DNA of 59,888 nt, counting the filler, from an uncultured bacterium (GTDB lineage: Bacteria > Hinthialibacterota > Hinthialibacteria > Hinthialibacterales > Hinthialibacteraceae): NCBI GenBank assembly GCA_964449065.1. It is 3 parts of 3 records of this genome, joined end to end, with 100 filler letters (N's around TTAATTAATTAA, not from the genome) between each part and the next. Parts side by side here need not be neighbours in the genome. Positions count along the whole stretch, not along the records: positions 20,196 to 40,196 come from CAYVAZ010000054.1; 2 more parts are not named here. The stretch is one strand, 5' to 3'. Positions 20,382 through 30,160 of the stretch are shown one piece after another. Each line of letters begins with the position of its first letter. The first letter of the stretch is position 1. The translations under genes and the position numbers were made by a program. The notes under the pieces were generated by a model. That model made no database searches. It worked only from the letters and a program-made list of their open reading frames with translations, and had not been told where the DNA came from.

Positions 20382-21203
20382 ATAAAGTGAAGATTTCGAA
20401 TTATCAAATACAAACGAGGCCCAAAAACTTTGCCAGTCGGCGAAGGATTCGTCTTCTGTCACTTCTGTCATGTGGACGGCTTTGATGAGCCAATGACCAA
20501 GCTTTGGTAGTTTTAACTTGACCATCCCGTTTGCATCTGTGCGTGCTGTGATTCGCTGCATCGGGTTTTCATATTCTAACGCGGCGACCAATACACCTTC
20601 TACTGGTTCGCCGAAGAAGAGGAGTTGAAAAGGAAGACCTGCTCCAGCCGGGAGAGTGAGTGGATTTTTTTGGGGGACAAGTTCGAGTTTGAAGCCGAAA
20701 GTATGGTCGTAGCCATCGTTTCCATGGTCTTCAACGGGGATCAGGGCCTTGCAGCAGCGCAGAAAATACTCGTTGCCTGTTTTGCTGCTTTCCTCGCGCT
20801 GTTCACGGAGTTTGATGATCCTGTCCAACCCTTCTTCTTGGAGGTAGAGCGCGAAGGTAGCCGGTTCAATCACAACCGATTGATGGCGGCTTTGAAAACC
20901 GAGTACATACAAACCGGTTTGCTTGAAGGGTATGACGCCTGCCGGGTCGCTCCATTCGTTGCCGGCGATGGGTTGCGGCACTTGCTTTAGCCTGGTATTT
21001 TTATAAACAAAACGGTCGAACCAGCTGGACATGCGGGGGATGGGTTCCCCACGAAAATACTGGCCGACGAACAGGTGAATGCCGGTTTGATCGCCAACTT
21101 GAGGGGAAAAAGAAGCGGGTTGAATCCAAAAATCATGTGCCGATGCGGTTTGAATGAAAAAAAAGTGGCTTAGAATAATCAAAAAATAGCGGTACATAAA
21201 CAC
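20379..21203 (-). CDS. DUF4198 domain secreted protein
   Basis: Signal peptide then AHDFWIQP; LELVP.KNP, TDANG, G.WLIKAVHM, WQSFWAS. Confidence 0.85.
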   Translation of the reverse strand: MFMYRYFLIILSHFFFIQTASAHDFWIQPASFSPQVGDQTGIHLFVGQYFRGEPIPRMSSWFDRFVYKNTRLKQVPQPIAGNEWSDPAGVIPFKQTGLYVLGFQSRHQSVVIEPATFALYLQEEGLDRIIKLREQREESSKTGNEYFLRCCKALIPVEDHGNDGYDHTFGFKLELVPQKNPLTLPAGAGLPFQLLFFGEPVEGVLVAALEYENPMQRITARTDANGMVKLKLPKLGHWLIKAVHMTEVTEDESFADWQSFWASFVFDNSKSSLY

Positions 21204-21372
21204 TTCCTTAGAAATTGTATGGTATACCCTGACAATCCCATGCGTTTTATGATACCGTTTTCCAGTAAAATGGTAACCAAAGAAACCGAAAGAGCCTTCT
21301 TGCTATGCGATTTATCATAAAGTATACTTGGGCAAGTCATGAGTTGTTGAGGCAACTGTTTGGGCTCACCGA

Positions 21373-21401
21373 AAGACCAGTATAATGAAGACCAGTATAA
21401 T
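21373..21401 (+). promoter_or_regulatory. tandem 14-bp direct repeat with TATAAT boxes upstream of pilB
   Basis: AAGACCAGTATAAT at 21373-21386 and 21388-21401. Confidence 0.45.
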
Positions 21402-21536
21402 ACAGACTGATATGCCTTACCATTTCGGTTCGATGTTTCTACTGCTTGTAAGACGGCAGCCGAAAAACCGCTTTGGTCCGGGCAAGCCTATCTCGTAGAT
21501 ATGCGGAAAGTTAAATAAAAAAAGCCGGGGTTAACT

Positions 21537-23273
21537 ATGGCAAATCCAGAGACACAAAATACTCTTCTGAACGAAGAACCAGTAAACGAAGAGCAAGAAG
21601 AGCATACAAACGGCCAAAACCGCTCTGATGTTCAAATCGAGCGTGAAAGCGCCCAGCGCATACAGGATGTCGATTACGCTGAAGTGGAAGTCAGCGGTGA
21701 GGATATGCTGGAGTCACTGGCCCAGCAATCCAATATGGAACTGGTGCGTTTGCGCCAGCAACCCATGTCACCGGATATCGTCAGTCTGATGCCGGAAAAA
21801 TGGGCGCGGCGGTTCAACGCCATTGTGGTTCGTAAGGAAGAAGACGGTACCATTGTGATCGCGGTTTCGGATCCGTTTGATTTGGAAGCGCAGGATACCA
21901 TAAATTATATTTTTGAAGGACAGGATATCCACTTTGTATTGGGACGTCCGGATGAAATTAAGATGGCCATCGAACGCTATTACAAGGGCGATCAAACGAT
22001 GGTTGAAGACATGTTGACTGATATCAGTGAAGATCAAGACTATGGGACGGAAGGCAAAAAGACCATCAAACAAATGCTGGAAGAGGGCATCGCGGTGGAT
22101 GAAGAAGGCCCCATCATCCGTTTGGTCGATCTGGTCTTTGAAGAAGCGGTACGGACCCGGACATCCGACGTCCACTTTGAGCCGTTTGAAGATAAATTTT
22201 TGATCCGGTTCCGGATAGACGGTGTTTTGCATGAGATCCAGTCTCCGGAAAAGAAACTGCAAAACCCGATCCTGACCCGGCTAAAACTGTTGGCGGGAAT
22301 GGATTTGTCGGAAAAGCGGGTGCCGCAGGACGGCCGGATTCAAAAGATGATAATGGGCCGCAAGTTTGACTTTCGGGTATCGGCTTTGCCGGCGCTGCAC
22401 GGAGAGAGTATCGTAACCCGGTTGCTCGATCAATCCGGGGTCTTGTTGGGATTGGAGCAGATCGGGTTTTTGGAAGACAACGTGGCGGAATTTAAGAAGA
22501 TGATCCGCCAGCCGCACGGGATTATTTTGATGACTGGACCGACCGGTTCCGGAAAAACGACGACTCTGTATTCCGCGCTGAATGTTATTAACAATGTGGA
22601 TACCAAGATCGTTACGGTTGAAAACCCGGTCGAGTATCAAATTGAAGGAATCAATCAGGTTCAGGTGGATGACGATATTGGATTAACGTTTTCCTTATCC
22701 TTGCGCTCGATTTTGCGTCAGGCGCCGAACGTGATTTTGGTCGGGGAGATTCGGGACTTGGAAACGGCGGAAATCGCGATTAGCGCGGCGATGACCGGTC
22801 ACCTGGTGTTTTCGACGCTGCACACCAACGACGCCCCCGGCGCCAACACGCGGTTGGTGGAAATGGGAATCAAGCCGTTTTTGGTTTCTTCGGCGATTCA
22901 GGCGATTATCGCGCAGCGTTTGGTGCGCACCATCTGCAAAGAGTGCAAAGAACCCTACAAAGCCGATCCATTGGTCATTAAAGATTTGGGCTTTGATCCG
23001 GATGAATACAAAGATCACACGTTTCACCGGGGCAAAGGCTGCGAAGTTTGCAACTACACCGGCTACAAAGGCCGGACGGCGATTCACGAAGTGATGAAAA
23101 ACAACGATGAAATTCGCCAGATGGTTATGAAAAGCGCCACCACAGACCAACTGCGGGAAGCCGGCCGCCGGAATGGAATGAGAACATTGCGTGAAGACGG
23201 TTGGAAGAAGGTTCTGCGCGGAGACACCACCATGGTGGAAATCGCCCGTATCACCGCCGGCGATGAGTTGTAA
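21537..23273 (+). CDS. pilB: type IV pilus/T2SS extension ATPase (PilB/GspE family), copy 1
   Basis: Walker A GPTGSGKT, ENPVEY, LRQAPNVILVGEIRD, TLHTND, tetracysteine CKEC..CEVC. Confidence 0.9.
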   Translation: MANPETQNTLLNEEPVNEEQEEHTNGQNRSDVQIERESAQRIQDVDYAEVEVSGEDMLESLAQQSNMELVRLRQQPMSPDIVSLMPEKWARRFNAIVVRKEEDGTIVIAVSDPFDLEAQDTINYIFEGQDIHFVLGRPDEIKMAIERYYKGDQTMVEDMLTDISEDQDYGTEGKKTIKQMLEEGIAVDEEGPIIRLVDLVFEEAVRTRTSDVHFEPFEDKFLIRFRIDGVLHEIQSPEKKLQNPILTRLKLLAGMDLSEKRVPQDGRIQKMIMGRKFDFRVSALPALHGESIVTRLLDQSGVLLGLEQIGFLEDNVAEFKKMIRQPHGIILMTGPTGSGKTTTLYSALNVINNVDTKIVTVENPVEYQIEGINQVQVDDDIGLTFSLSLRSILRQAPNVILVGEIRDLETAEIAISAAMTGHLVFSTLHTNDAPGANTRLVEMGIKPFLVSSAIQAIIAQRLVRTICKECKEPYKADPLVIKDLGFDPDEYKDHTFHRGKGCEVCNYTGYKGRTAIHEVMKNNDEIRQMVMKSATTDQLREAGRRNGMRTLREDGWKKVLRGDTTMVEIARITAGDEL

Positions 23274-23347
23274 AGCATGTTACATGGATTTTAATTGGAG
23301 AAGATACGTCTTCTTCTTACATCTTAATGAATAGGAAGATTTGAGTC

Positions 23348-24427
23348 GTGGTTAGAGCCGATATCAAAATGGAAGATTTGCTTCGGATCGTTGTGGAGCG
23401 TGACGCATCCGATTTGCATTTGCGCGTTGGAAGACCACCGGTGATTCGTGTGGATGGACGCTTGGAGGATTTGGGGAACGAACCGCTGATGCCGGAAGAC
23501 ACGGAAGAGTTGATGAACCAGATTGCGCCGGATATGCACCGGGAAGCGATCGCGGAAATCGGTTCCGCCGACTTTGGCTATGAGTTCCAAGGATTGGCGC
23601 GGTTCCGGGTCTCGATTTTTCGGACCTTGGGGCAGTTTGGCGTGGTGATGCGGTTGATTCCCTCACGGATTTTGTCGTTTGAAGATTTGGGGCTTCCGAT
23701 TGAAGCCACCAAAGACCTGCTGCACCGGCACAGAGGTTTGGTGCTGGTTGTGGGACCGACCGGATCGGGGAAAACGACCTCTTTGGCAACCATGATTGAT
23801 TACATTAACCGGAACCGGGATACACACATCATTACGATTGAAGATCCGATTGAATACTTTCACCCGCACCGCCAGTCGATTGTGACTCACCGGGAACTGC
23901 ACGTTGACTTAACCACGTTTGCGGATGGCCTGCGGGCAGCACTGCGGCAGGATCCGGATGTGATTTTGGTTGGGGAAATGCGGGATACGGAAACCATGCA
24001 GGCGGCGATTACCGCGGCGGAAACCGGTCACTTAGTGTTCGCGACGCTGCACACGAACAGCGCGCCGGCAACGATCAACCGGATTGTCGACGCGTTCCCA
24101 ACCAATCAGCAAGAGCAAATTCGCATGCAATTGGCGACCACGTTGATTGCGTGTATTTCACAAGCTCTGCTGGGACGCGCCGGCGGAAAAGGCCGGATTG
24201 CGGCGTATGAAATCATGATTATGACACCGGCTATCTCGAACCTGATTCGCGAGCGCAAAACCAACCGGATTATCTCCAGTATTCAAACCGGTGGAAAGAT
24301 GGGCATGATTACCTTGGATCAATTCTTGTTCAACCTCTACAAGCAAGGGTTGATCACCGCGGAAGACTGTATCGAGCGCGCCCATGAATCGGATGAGCAG
24401 CGCAAAAAGGTCTTGTTTAACGAATAA
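23348..24427 (+). CDS. pilT: type IV pilus retraction ATPase
   Basis: ASDLHL, GPTGSGKT, EDPIEY, LRQDPDVILVGEMRD, TLHTNSA, AIRNLIRE-like AISNLIRE. Confidence 0.95.
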   Translation: MVRADIKMEDLLRIVVERDASDLHLRVGRPPVIRVDGRLEDLGNEPLMPEDTEELMNQIAPDMHREAIAEIGSADFGYEFQGLARFRVSIFRTLGQFGVVMRLIPSRILSFEDLGLPIEATKDLLHRHRGLVLVVGPTGSGKTTSLATMIDYINRNRDTHIITIEDPIEYFHPHRQSIVTHRELHVDLTTFADGLRAALRQDPDVILVGEMRDTETMQAAITAAETGHLVFATLHTNSAPATINRIVDAFPTNQQEQIRMQLATTLIACISQALLGRAGGKGRIAAYEIMIMTPAISNLIRERKTNRIISSIQTGGKMGMITLDQFLFNLYKQGLITAEDCIERAHESDEQRKKVLFNE

Positions 24428-24456
24428 AGAAAACCATCAAAAGTTGAGGCCAGACT

Positions 24457-26268
24457 ATGCTTGGATTGGGCAAAAAGAAACGCGAAGAAAAACCAGAAAC
24501 TCCCAGACCGGAACAAGAAGAGCAGACGCATCATCGTGAAGAATCCGCGGACGACAGCCACTCGGGTTTGTCATCCATTGTGCAGGATGAAGGCGCCGCC
24601 CAAGTCGGGACCAAACAAGAAGCGATGGTCGGCGAAGAAGCGGGCCAGGCGGTACGCGATGCCGCATTGGATGATGTAAAAGAGATCGCGAAGCGATCGA
24701 CATCCTACACATCGGAAGCCGATCTGCTGCATACGTTGGCGGAACAAGTGGGGATGGATGTGATTAAACTCCATACCATTGAGCCGACGGATGAAGTGCT
24801 GAAATTGATAAACCCGGAAATTGCCCGCCAATACAAAGTGTTTCCGGTTTCTTTGGATGAAGACAATGTGCTGACGATTGCGATTTCGGACCCGTTAAAT
24901 GTGCAGGCGCTGGATGACCTGCGGATTTGGCTGGATCACGATCTGCAGGGCGTATTGGCGACGGAAGATGAAATCGGCAGCGCGATTGATGAGTATTATG
25001 GCACCGGCTCGGAATCGGTCGATGAAGTATTGGATGAGTTGAAAGAAGAAAACCTCCAGATCGATCTGAAAGACAATAGTTTTGGAAATTTAGAGAAAAT
25101 CGCGCATGAGGCCCCGATTGTCAAGTTGGTGAACCTGATTCTGCTGCAGGCAATTAAAGAGCGTGCCTCCGACTTGCACGTAGAGCCGATGGGCGATTCG
25201 ATTCGGATTCGCTACCGCGCGGACGGAATTTTGCATGAGACCGTTCCCCCGCCGCAGCATTTGCGCGACGCGATTGTATCCCGCTTTAAGGTTATGGCGG
25301 GGATGAACATTGCGGAACGGCGGTTGCCGCAAGACGGCCGGGTGAAGTTAACCATGGATGACCGCAATATCGAACTGCGGGCATCCTCGTTGCCGACTGT
25401 AAAAGGCGAAAGCATCGTGATGCGGATCTTGGACAGCCAACTGATGTCCATGGGGTTGGAAAACATCGGTATGATGCCGGACACACTGGAATTGTGGGAC
25501 AAGATGATTCGCCGGCCGAACGGGATTGTGTTGGTGACCGGACCGACCGGCTGCGGCAAGACCACCACGATGTATTCATCGCTGGAACGGATTTTCAGCC
25601 CGATGGTGAAATTGATTACAACCGAAAACCCGGTGGAATACCAAATGGACGGAGTCGTGCAGGTGAACATCAACCCGTCGGTGGGGTTAACATTCGCACG
25701 CTGTTTGCGCGCGATTCTTCGGCAGGACCCCGACATCATTATGGTGGGTGAGATTCGCGACTTAGACACGGCAAAGATGGCAGTTGAGTCTTCGCTGACC
25801 GGTCACTTGGTGCTCTCAACCATGCACACGAACGATTCTTGCGGAACGCTGACGCGCTTGATTGATATGGAAGTAGAGCCGTTTTTGATCACATCCGCGG
25901 TTGTCGGGGTCATGGCGCAGCGGCTGATCCGAAAAATTTGCGATGATTGCAAAGAGCCTTACACGCCGGACCCCAATCAAATTCGTGAGATGGGCTTCAC
26001 CCCGGAAGATGTGGAGAACATCACATTCTTCCACGGCAAAGGTTGTGATGAATGCCTGCACACCGGATACAAAGGCCGGGTGGGAATTTATGAATTGCTG
26101 GCCTTAAGCGAACCGGTGAAGGATAAAGTGTTGGAAGAATCATCCAGTGCGGAAATTTATCACGTGGCCCGGAAAGAAGGCCTGCGATCCCTGCGTGAAG
26201 ACGGCTGGGAAAAAGTCATCCAAGGGATCACCACGATTGAGGAAGTCTTGCTGGCGACCGTGCATTAA
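24457..26268 (+). CDS. pilB: type IV pilus/T2SS extension ATPase (PilB/GspE family), copy 2
   Basis: GPTGCGKT, ENPVEY, LRQDPDIIMVGEIRD, CDDC..CDEC. Confidence 0.9.
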   Translation: MLGLGKKKREEKPETPRPEQEEQTHHREESADDSHSGLSSIVQDEGAAQVGTKQEAMVGEEAGQAVRDAALDDVKEIAKRSTSYTSEADLLHTLAEQVGMDVIKLHTIEPTDEVLKLINPEIARQYKVFPVSLDEDNVLTIAISDPLNVQALDDLRIWLDHDLQGVLATEDEIGSAIDEYYGTGSESVDEVLDELKEENLQIDLKDNSFGNLEKIAHEAPIVKLVNLILLQAIKERASDLHVEPMGDSIRIRYRADGILHETVPPPQHLRDAIVSRFKVMAGMNIAERRLPQDGRVKLTMDDRNIELRASSLPTVKGESIVMRILDSQLMSMGLENIGMMPDTLELWDKMIRRPNGIVLVTGPTGCGKTTTMYSSLERIFSPMVKLITTENPVEYQMDGVVQVNINPSVGLTFARCLRAILRQDPDIIMVGEIRDLDTAKMAVESSLTGHLVLSTMHTNDSCGTLTRLIDMEVEPFLITSAVVGVMAQRLIRKICDDCKEPYTPDPNQIREMGFTPEDVENITFFHGKGCDECLHTGYKGRVGIYELLALSEPVKDKVLEESSSAEIYHVARKEGLRSLREDGWEKVIQGITTIEEVLLATVH

Positions 26269-26295
26269 ACCAGACGCTTTATTTCAGAATATTTA

Positions 26296-26322
26296 AAAAG
26301 GGGGCCTTGAGTCCCCTTTTTT
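26296..26322. terminator. bidirectional terminator between pilB copy 2 and pilin paralog 4
   Basis: AAAAGGGG..CCCCTTTT hairpin flanked by A and T runs between convergent genes. Confidence 0.75.
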
Positions 26323-26323
26323 G

Positions 26324-26896
26324 TTACGAGCCAAACGTCCAGATATCGCCCGAGCTGTTTAAGCCGTTGGTGGAATCGTACAGGTCCGTGCTGATATCGG
26401 GCTGGTTGCTAAGAATGTTGTAGTTGTCGTACATGCGGTTGGGCCCGATGCTGCGCACGCCCCAGCGCAGCCCTCGGTTGTATTCGGGAACACCGAAATT
26501 GGTGCCGCCGCGTGCCTTACCGGTCTGCGTACTGATTTGCAGGTTGTAGTAGGCCATTTTGGTATGCTTTAAGCCTTCCGGCAAGCCTGCTCCTTCCACG
26601 GTGTTTTCAAAAACATCAATCGGGTAATCGGCCATGTAGGCGACCGGGGTGGTCAGTTCCGGCACGCCGATGATGGCAAAAGCTGGGAAAGTGTAAAAAT
26701 CTGGAAAGGCGTTGTGATCGATGTTGTACATGCCCAAAGCGGTGCCGATGTTGCGTTGATCCGCCTGCACGCGCGAAATTTTTGCCCGCACCTGCGCGTT
26801 TAAAAAATTGGGGACGGCAATCGCCGCCAAGATACCGATGATAGCGACCACAATCAACAACTCAATTAATGTGAATCCTGCCTTGGCTTTCTTCAT
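26324..26896 (-). CDS. type IV pilin/pseudopilin-like protein, paralog 4
   Basis: MKKAKAG|FTLIELLIVVAIIGILAAIAVPNF; LTTPVAY, SIGPN, YDSTNGLNSSGDI. Confidence 0.9.
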   Translation of the reverse strand: MKKAKAGFTLIELLIVVAIIGILAAIAVPNFLNAQVRAKISRVQADQRNIGTALGMYNIDHNAFPDFYTFPAFAIIGVPELTTPVAYMADYPIDVFENTVEGAGLPEGLKHTKMAYYNLQISTQTGKARGGTNFGVPEYNRGLRWGVRSIGPNRMYDNYNILSNQPDISTDLYDSTNGLNSSGDIWTFGS

Positions 26897-26952
26897 GTTC
26901 GGCTCCTCTTTCATTTTTCCTTCCAAACTCATGCCCTTTTAGGGGGGGGGCT

Positions 26953-27059
26953 TTTATACCGGTGTTATTTAGGATGTTCAGGTAAGAAAGGCGCGAAGCC
27001 CTTCTTTCGCAGCGGCTTATCGCCGCGCCAAATTAACAATCCTAATTGGAAATGGCATT
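26953..27059 (+). repeat. MITE-like repeat family 1, copy 2
   Basis: Colinear with the reverse complement of 8773-8880. Confidence 0.7.
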
Positions 27060-27160
27060 ACTTGGCTTTCAAACGAAGCGCTCTGTTGAGCCGCATTGAG
27101 TTTCGCTTCCAGTCCAAATGGTCATTGGGATAAACGATGGACTTGATGTATGTGCCTATT

Positions 27161-28228
27161 CTACTCTCTTTGTTTCCAATTTTGAAAGGTATTTTTTAAA
27201 TTGTTGTCTGAATACGTTCGGTGCGCCAATTTATATCCTTCTTGGATACTATTGGTCTTCCCATTCGCGTAAATCCGTACACCCGCGTTGAGCAATACCA
27301 AGTGGGTATAGGCCTCCGGCGCGGATTGATTGAGGAACTCCCGCAATAAACCGGCGCTCTCTTTTGCCATCTCTTTCAGATTGCCGCTTGCTTTCGAGTT
27401 TATATCATCCTCACACGCGTTCATTCCAAATTCACTTGGCTCGATGTAATGGGAATTCAATTTTTCTTCTTTCACTTCAACAATCAGCGAACGCCCCGGC
27501 TTGATTTCTTCCGAACCTTCAATGCCCGCGATCATGAGCGCGCGGGGGTATCCGGTCTTCATGCCGGCGATGGCCTTGCCCATCAGTTCACCAAAGGGGC
27601 GATGAAAGAATCCGCCGATGTGCACCGCCGATTGATAAGGATTGATGAGCGGTTCAATTGAATTGATAAACGTCCGCTTCCCCACTTGCCGGCGGTGCTC
27701 GAGTAATGCGTGTACCGCCGGATTGACAACCGGTTGATGCAGATAGCCGATTCCACAGGTTTGAATGTCTTGCAATACCCCGGCCACGGATTTTTCGGTG
27801 TCGATCCCCAACTCGTTCAGGATATGAAACGGGGTCATCCCCCGTTTTGCCGGGATGTTTTCCGAGCCGTGCAGCAGCATAGGCACCCCGGCAGACGCGG
27901 CGGTCAACGCGGCCGCGATACCAAAGTTCACCGTACGCGCCTTGCCGTCATACGCTCCGGCGCTGTTGACCAAACCATCCAACTTTTGCGTGGAAGACGG
28001 CAATGATAGCCGTTCATTCATCGCGTCGGCAAAAGCAGCCATTTCGGCAGGCGTTTCCGGTTTCCACCGCACCGCCAGCGTGAACGAGCCGAATGTCACC
28101 GGATGATACGCGCCATCCAATATGGCGTTCATGGCGTCATTGGCTTCCTCATACGTTAAATCTTTTGAAACCCGCGACCCACCGCCTACTTTTGCCATAA
28201 ATTCAATTAACCGGTTTTCCATCAACAT
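27161..28228 (-). CDS. anthranilate phosphoribosyltransferase-like protein (YbiB/TrpD2 family)
   Basis: KVGGG..SKDLT.EEA, RWKPET..E, YDGKART, HG, RR.VGKRT.INSIE.L.NP. Confidence 0.8.
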   Translation of the reverse strand: MLMENRLIEFMAKVGGGSRVSKDLTYEEANDAMNAILDGAYHPVTFGSFTLAVRWKPETPAEMAAFADAMNERLSLPSSTQKLDGLVNSAGAYDGKARTVNFGIAAALTAASAGVPMLLHGSENIPAKRGMTPFHILNELGIDTEKSVAGVLQDIQTCGIGYLHQPVVNPAVHALLEHRRQVGKRTFINSIEPLINPYQSAVHIGGFFHRPFGELMGKAIAGMKTGYPRALMIAGIEGSEEIKPGRSLIVEVKEEKLNSHYIEPSEFGMNACEDDINSKASGNLKEMAKESAGLLREFLNQSAPEAYTHLVLLNAGVRIYANGKTNSIQEGYKLAHRTYSDNNLKNTFQNWKQRE

Positions 28229-28325
28229 ACCCTGTGCCTGAATCTTTATTCTTCCTGCATTTTAGTATAGATTGATATGAGATAAGCATCACGCAACCTA
28301 CACCTTATTATATTGGAGGAAAGAG

Positions 28326-29171
28326 ATGAAATCACGTCAATTTACATCATGGATGATCGACGGTACGGTGGCATTCAGCTTGGCCGCGCTTCTTATGGTT
28401 GCCGTTACGGAAACCGAAACGTCCAAATCACTCAAGGCCCAATCCGGTGGCCCCATCCGGGTCTTATCCCTTACCAAATCTTCCGGTTTTGAGCACGGTG
28501 TTATCCACCGTGAAAACGGCAAGTTGGGGTTGGCGGAAAATATCCTGCTCGATTTGGCGGAGAAAAACAACTTCACTCTTGTTGTGACAAAAGATGGCGG
28601 TGTCATCAACGCGAAACAACTTGAGCAGTTCGATGTCGTTCATTTCTACACGACCGGCGACCTCACCAAATTCGGCGAAAAAGATTACAGCGCGCCCATG
28701 CCTCCCGAAGGCCGCATGGCTCTGATCGATTGGGTCAAGAACGGCGGCGGCTTTGTCGGAACGCACACCACCACCGATACCTTCCACAATTGGGAAGTCG
28801 AAGGTGACAAACCTTATTTATCCATGGTGGGTGCGGAGTTCCGCTCGCACGGCAAACAGCAGTTCGCGCAATTAAATGTAAAAAATCACCCCACCACAGC
28901 GCATCTCGGCGAAACCTGGGATTTGGTGGATGAGTATTATGAGTTCAAACGCATGACAAACAAGTTTGATCCCGTCCTAATCCTCAACACCAAAACCATG
29001 GAAGAAGAACGCTACACCTCCGTCGATCCCTACCCCATCACCTGGGTGCAAGATTTTGAAGAAGGCCGTGTGTTCAACACCTCATTGGGCCACCGCGCCG
29101 ATGTCTGGACGAACCCCAAATACCAAGAACTGGTGGTCAGGGGGATTCAATGGGCGGCAAAAAAGTTGTAA
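28326..29171 (+). CDS. ThuA-like domain secreted protein
   Basis: SGFEH, GGGFVGTH..TD, DEYY, GRVFNTSLGH; GGAGGA RBS. Confidence 0.88.
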   Translation: MKSRQFTSWMIDGTVAFSLAALLMVAVTETETSKSLKAQSGGPIRVLSLTKSSGFEHGVIHRENGKLGLAENILLDLAEKNNFTLVVTKDGGVINAKQLEQFDVVHFYTTGDLTKFGEKDYSAPMPPEGRMALIDWVKNGGGFVGTHTTTDTFHNWEVEGDKPYLSMVGAEFRSHGKQQFAQLNVKNHPTTAHLGETWDLVDEYYEFKRMTNKFDPVLILNTKTMEEERYTSVDPYPITWVQDFEEGRVFNTSLGHRADVWTNPKYQELVVRGIQWAAKKL

Positions 29172-29207
29172 ATCAATCCAGTATAAACAATTACTCATGG
29201 TTTCAAT

Positions 29208-29232
29208 AAGGGCGGGTAACCGCCCTTTTTTA
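29208..29232 (+). terminator. rho-independent terminator
   Basis: AAGGGCGG-GTAA-CCGCCCTT followed by a T run. Confidence 0.85.
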
Positions 29233-29473
29233 TTGCTTTGTGCGTTTGCATTCTGTAATTGAAAGAATTACACCTTCCTAATATTTCCCTAATGAATATC
29301 AGAAAGAATAGAACCAAATTCCAAATTCCACGGGTTTAATACGAAATTATGGAATGCCAATTCCCTTCCCAAGACTGGGTAGAGTTAGGATGGGGTTGAT
29401 GCCTTGGATAGAAATATTCGGGCATCATCAAACAATTGTTTTGAATCGGTATTAGGTTATGACAGGGGTAAAC

Positions 29474-30106
29474 ATGAACAAATACGGCTTTACACTAATC
29501 GAATTGCTAATTGTCGTTGCCATCATCGGTATCTTGGCGGCTATCGCGGTACCGAACTTCATTTCCGCGCAGATCCGGGCAAATACCGCGCGGGTGCAAG
29601 GCGATTTCGACGCGCTCTCCACCGCGTTTGAGATGTACAAGTTGGATAACAATTCCTACCCCGGCGACCACGATTTGGATACCGCCATTCACGGCCAGCA
29701 AACCGGCTTGTTTCAACTGACCTCTCCGGTTGCCTATATGAGTTCGGTTCCCAGCGATCCATTTATCATCAAAATCTTCAAAGGGCAGTCGGTCTTCGGA
29801 CGCGATGCGGTGAACGGCTATTCAGCCGATTATTTCCCGGCGTATGAAGTCGGCAGCGGAGCGGATAACGCCAAAGCCATCCGCCGCCAAGCTTACAGCA
29901 TTTTAAGCTACGGCCCCGATAACCGCGTGGATTTATTCACCCACGATACCTTCCCGTTCGGCATCACCTTTCACCCCTATGACCCCAGCAACGGTGTTAA
30001 ATCCAACGGCGATATCGAGTTTCGTGACGGCGATTGGAAATCCGGCTGCCTGATGCTCAATGAATGGGCAACCAATCCGCAATGGACCGGGGCCGGGTGC
30101 AATTGA
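29474..30106 (+). CDS. type IV pilin/pseudopilin-like protein, paralog 5
   Basis: MNKYG|FTLIELLIVVAIIGILAAIAVPNF; LTSPVAY, SYGPD, YDPSNGVKSNGDI. Confidence 0.9.
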   Translation: MNKYGFTLIELLIVVAIIGILAAIAVPNFISAQIRANTARVQGDFDALSTAFEMYKLDNNSYPGDHDLDTAIHGQQTGLFQLTSPVAYMSSVPSDPFIIKIFKGQSVFGRDAVNGYSADYFPAYEVGSGADNAKAIRRQAYSILSYGPDNRVDLFTHDTFPFGITFHPYDPSNGVKSNGDIEFRDGDWKSGCLMLNEWATNPQWTGAGCN

Positions 30107-30160
30107 TTTTTGATCCGTTTCTAATTTACTATACAGGTAAACAATCAGAAGGATGTAACC

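Noticed and set aside
21400..21536. c-di-GMP-I riboswitch upstream of pilB
   Set aside because: Only a weak GGCAGCCG resemblance; the GGCAAAC..GAAA..GACGCAAAGC core is absent
1942..30106. Pilin diversity from a diversity-generating retroelement or Neisseria-type silent cassettes
   Set aside because: No reverse transcriptase or template/variable repeat pair is visible; all copies are full-length and synonymously diverged
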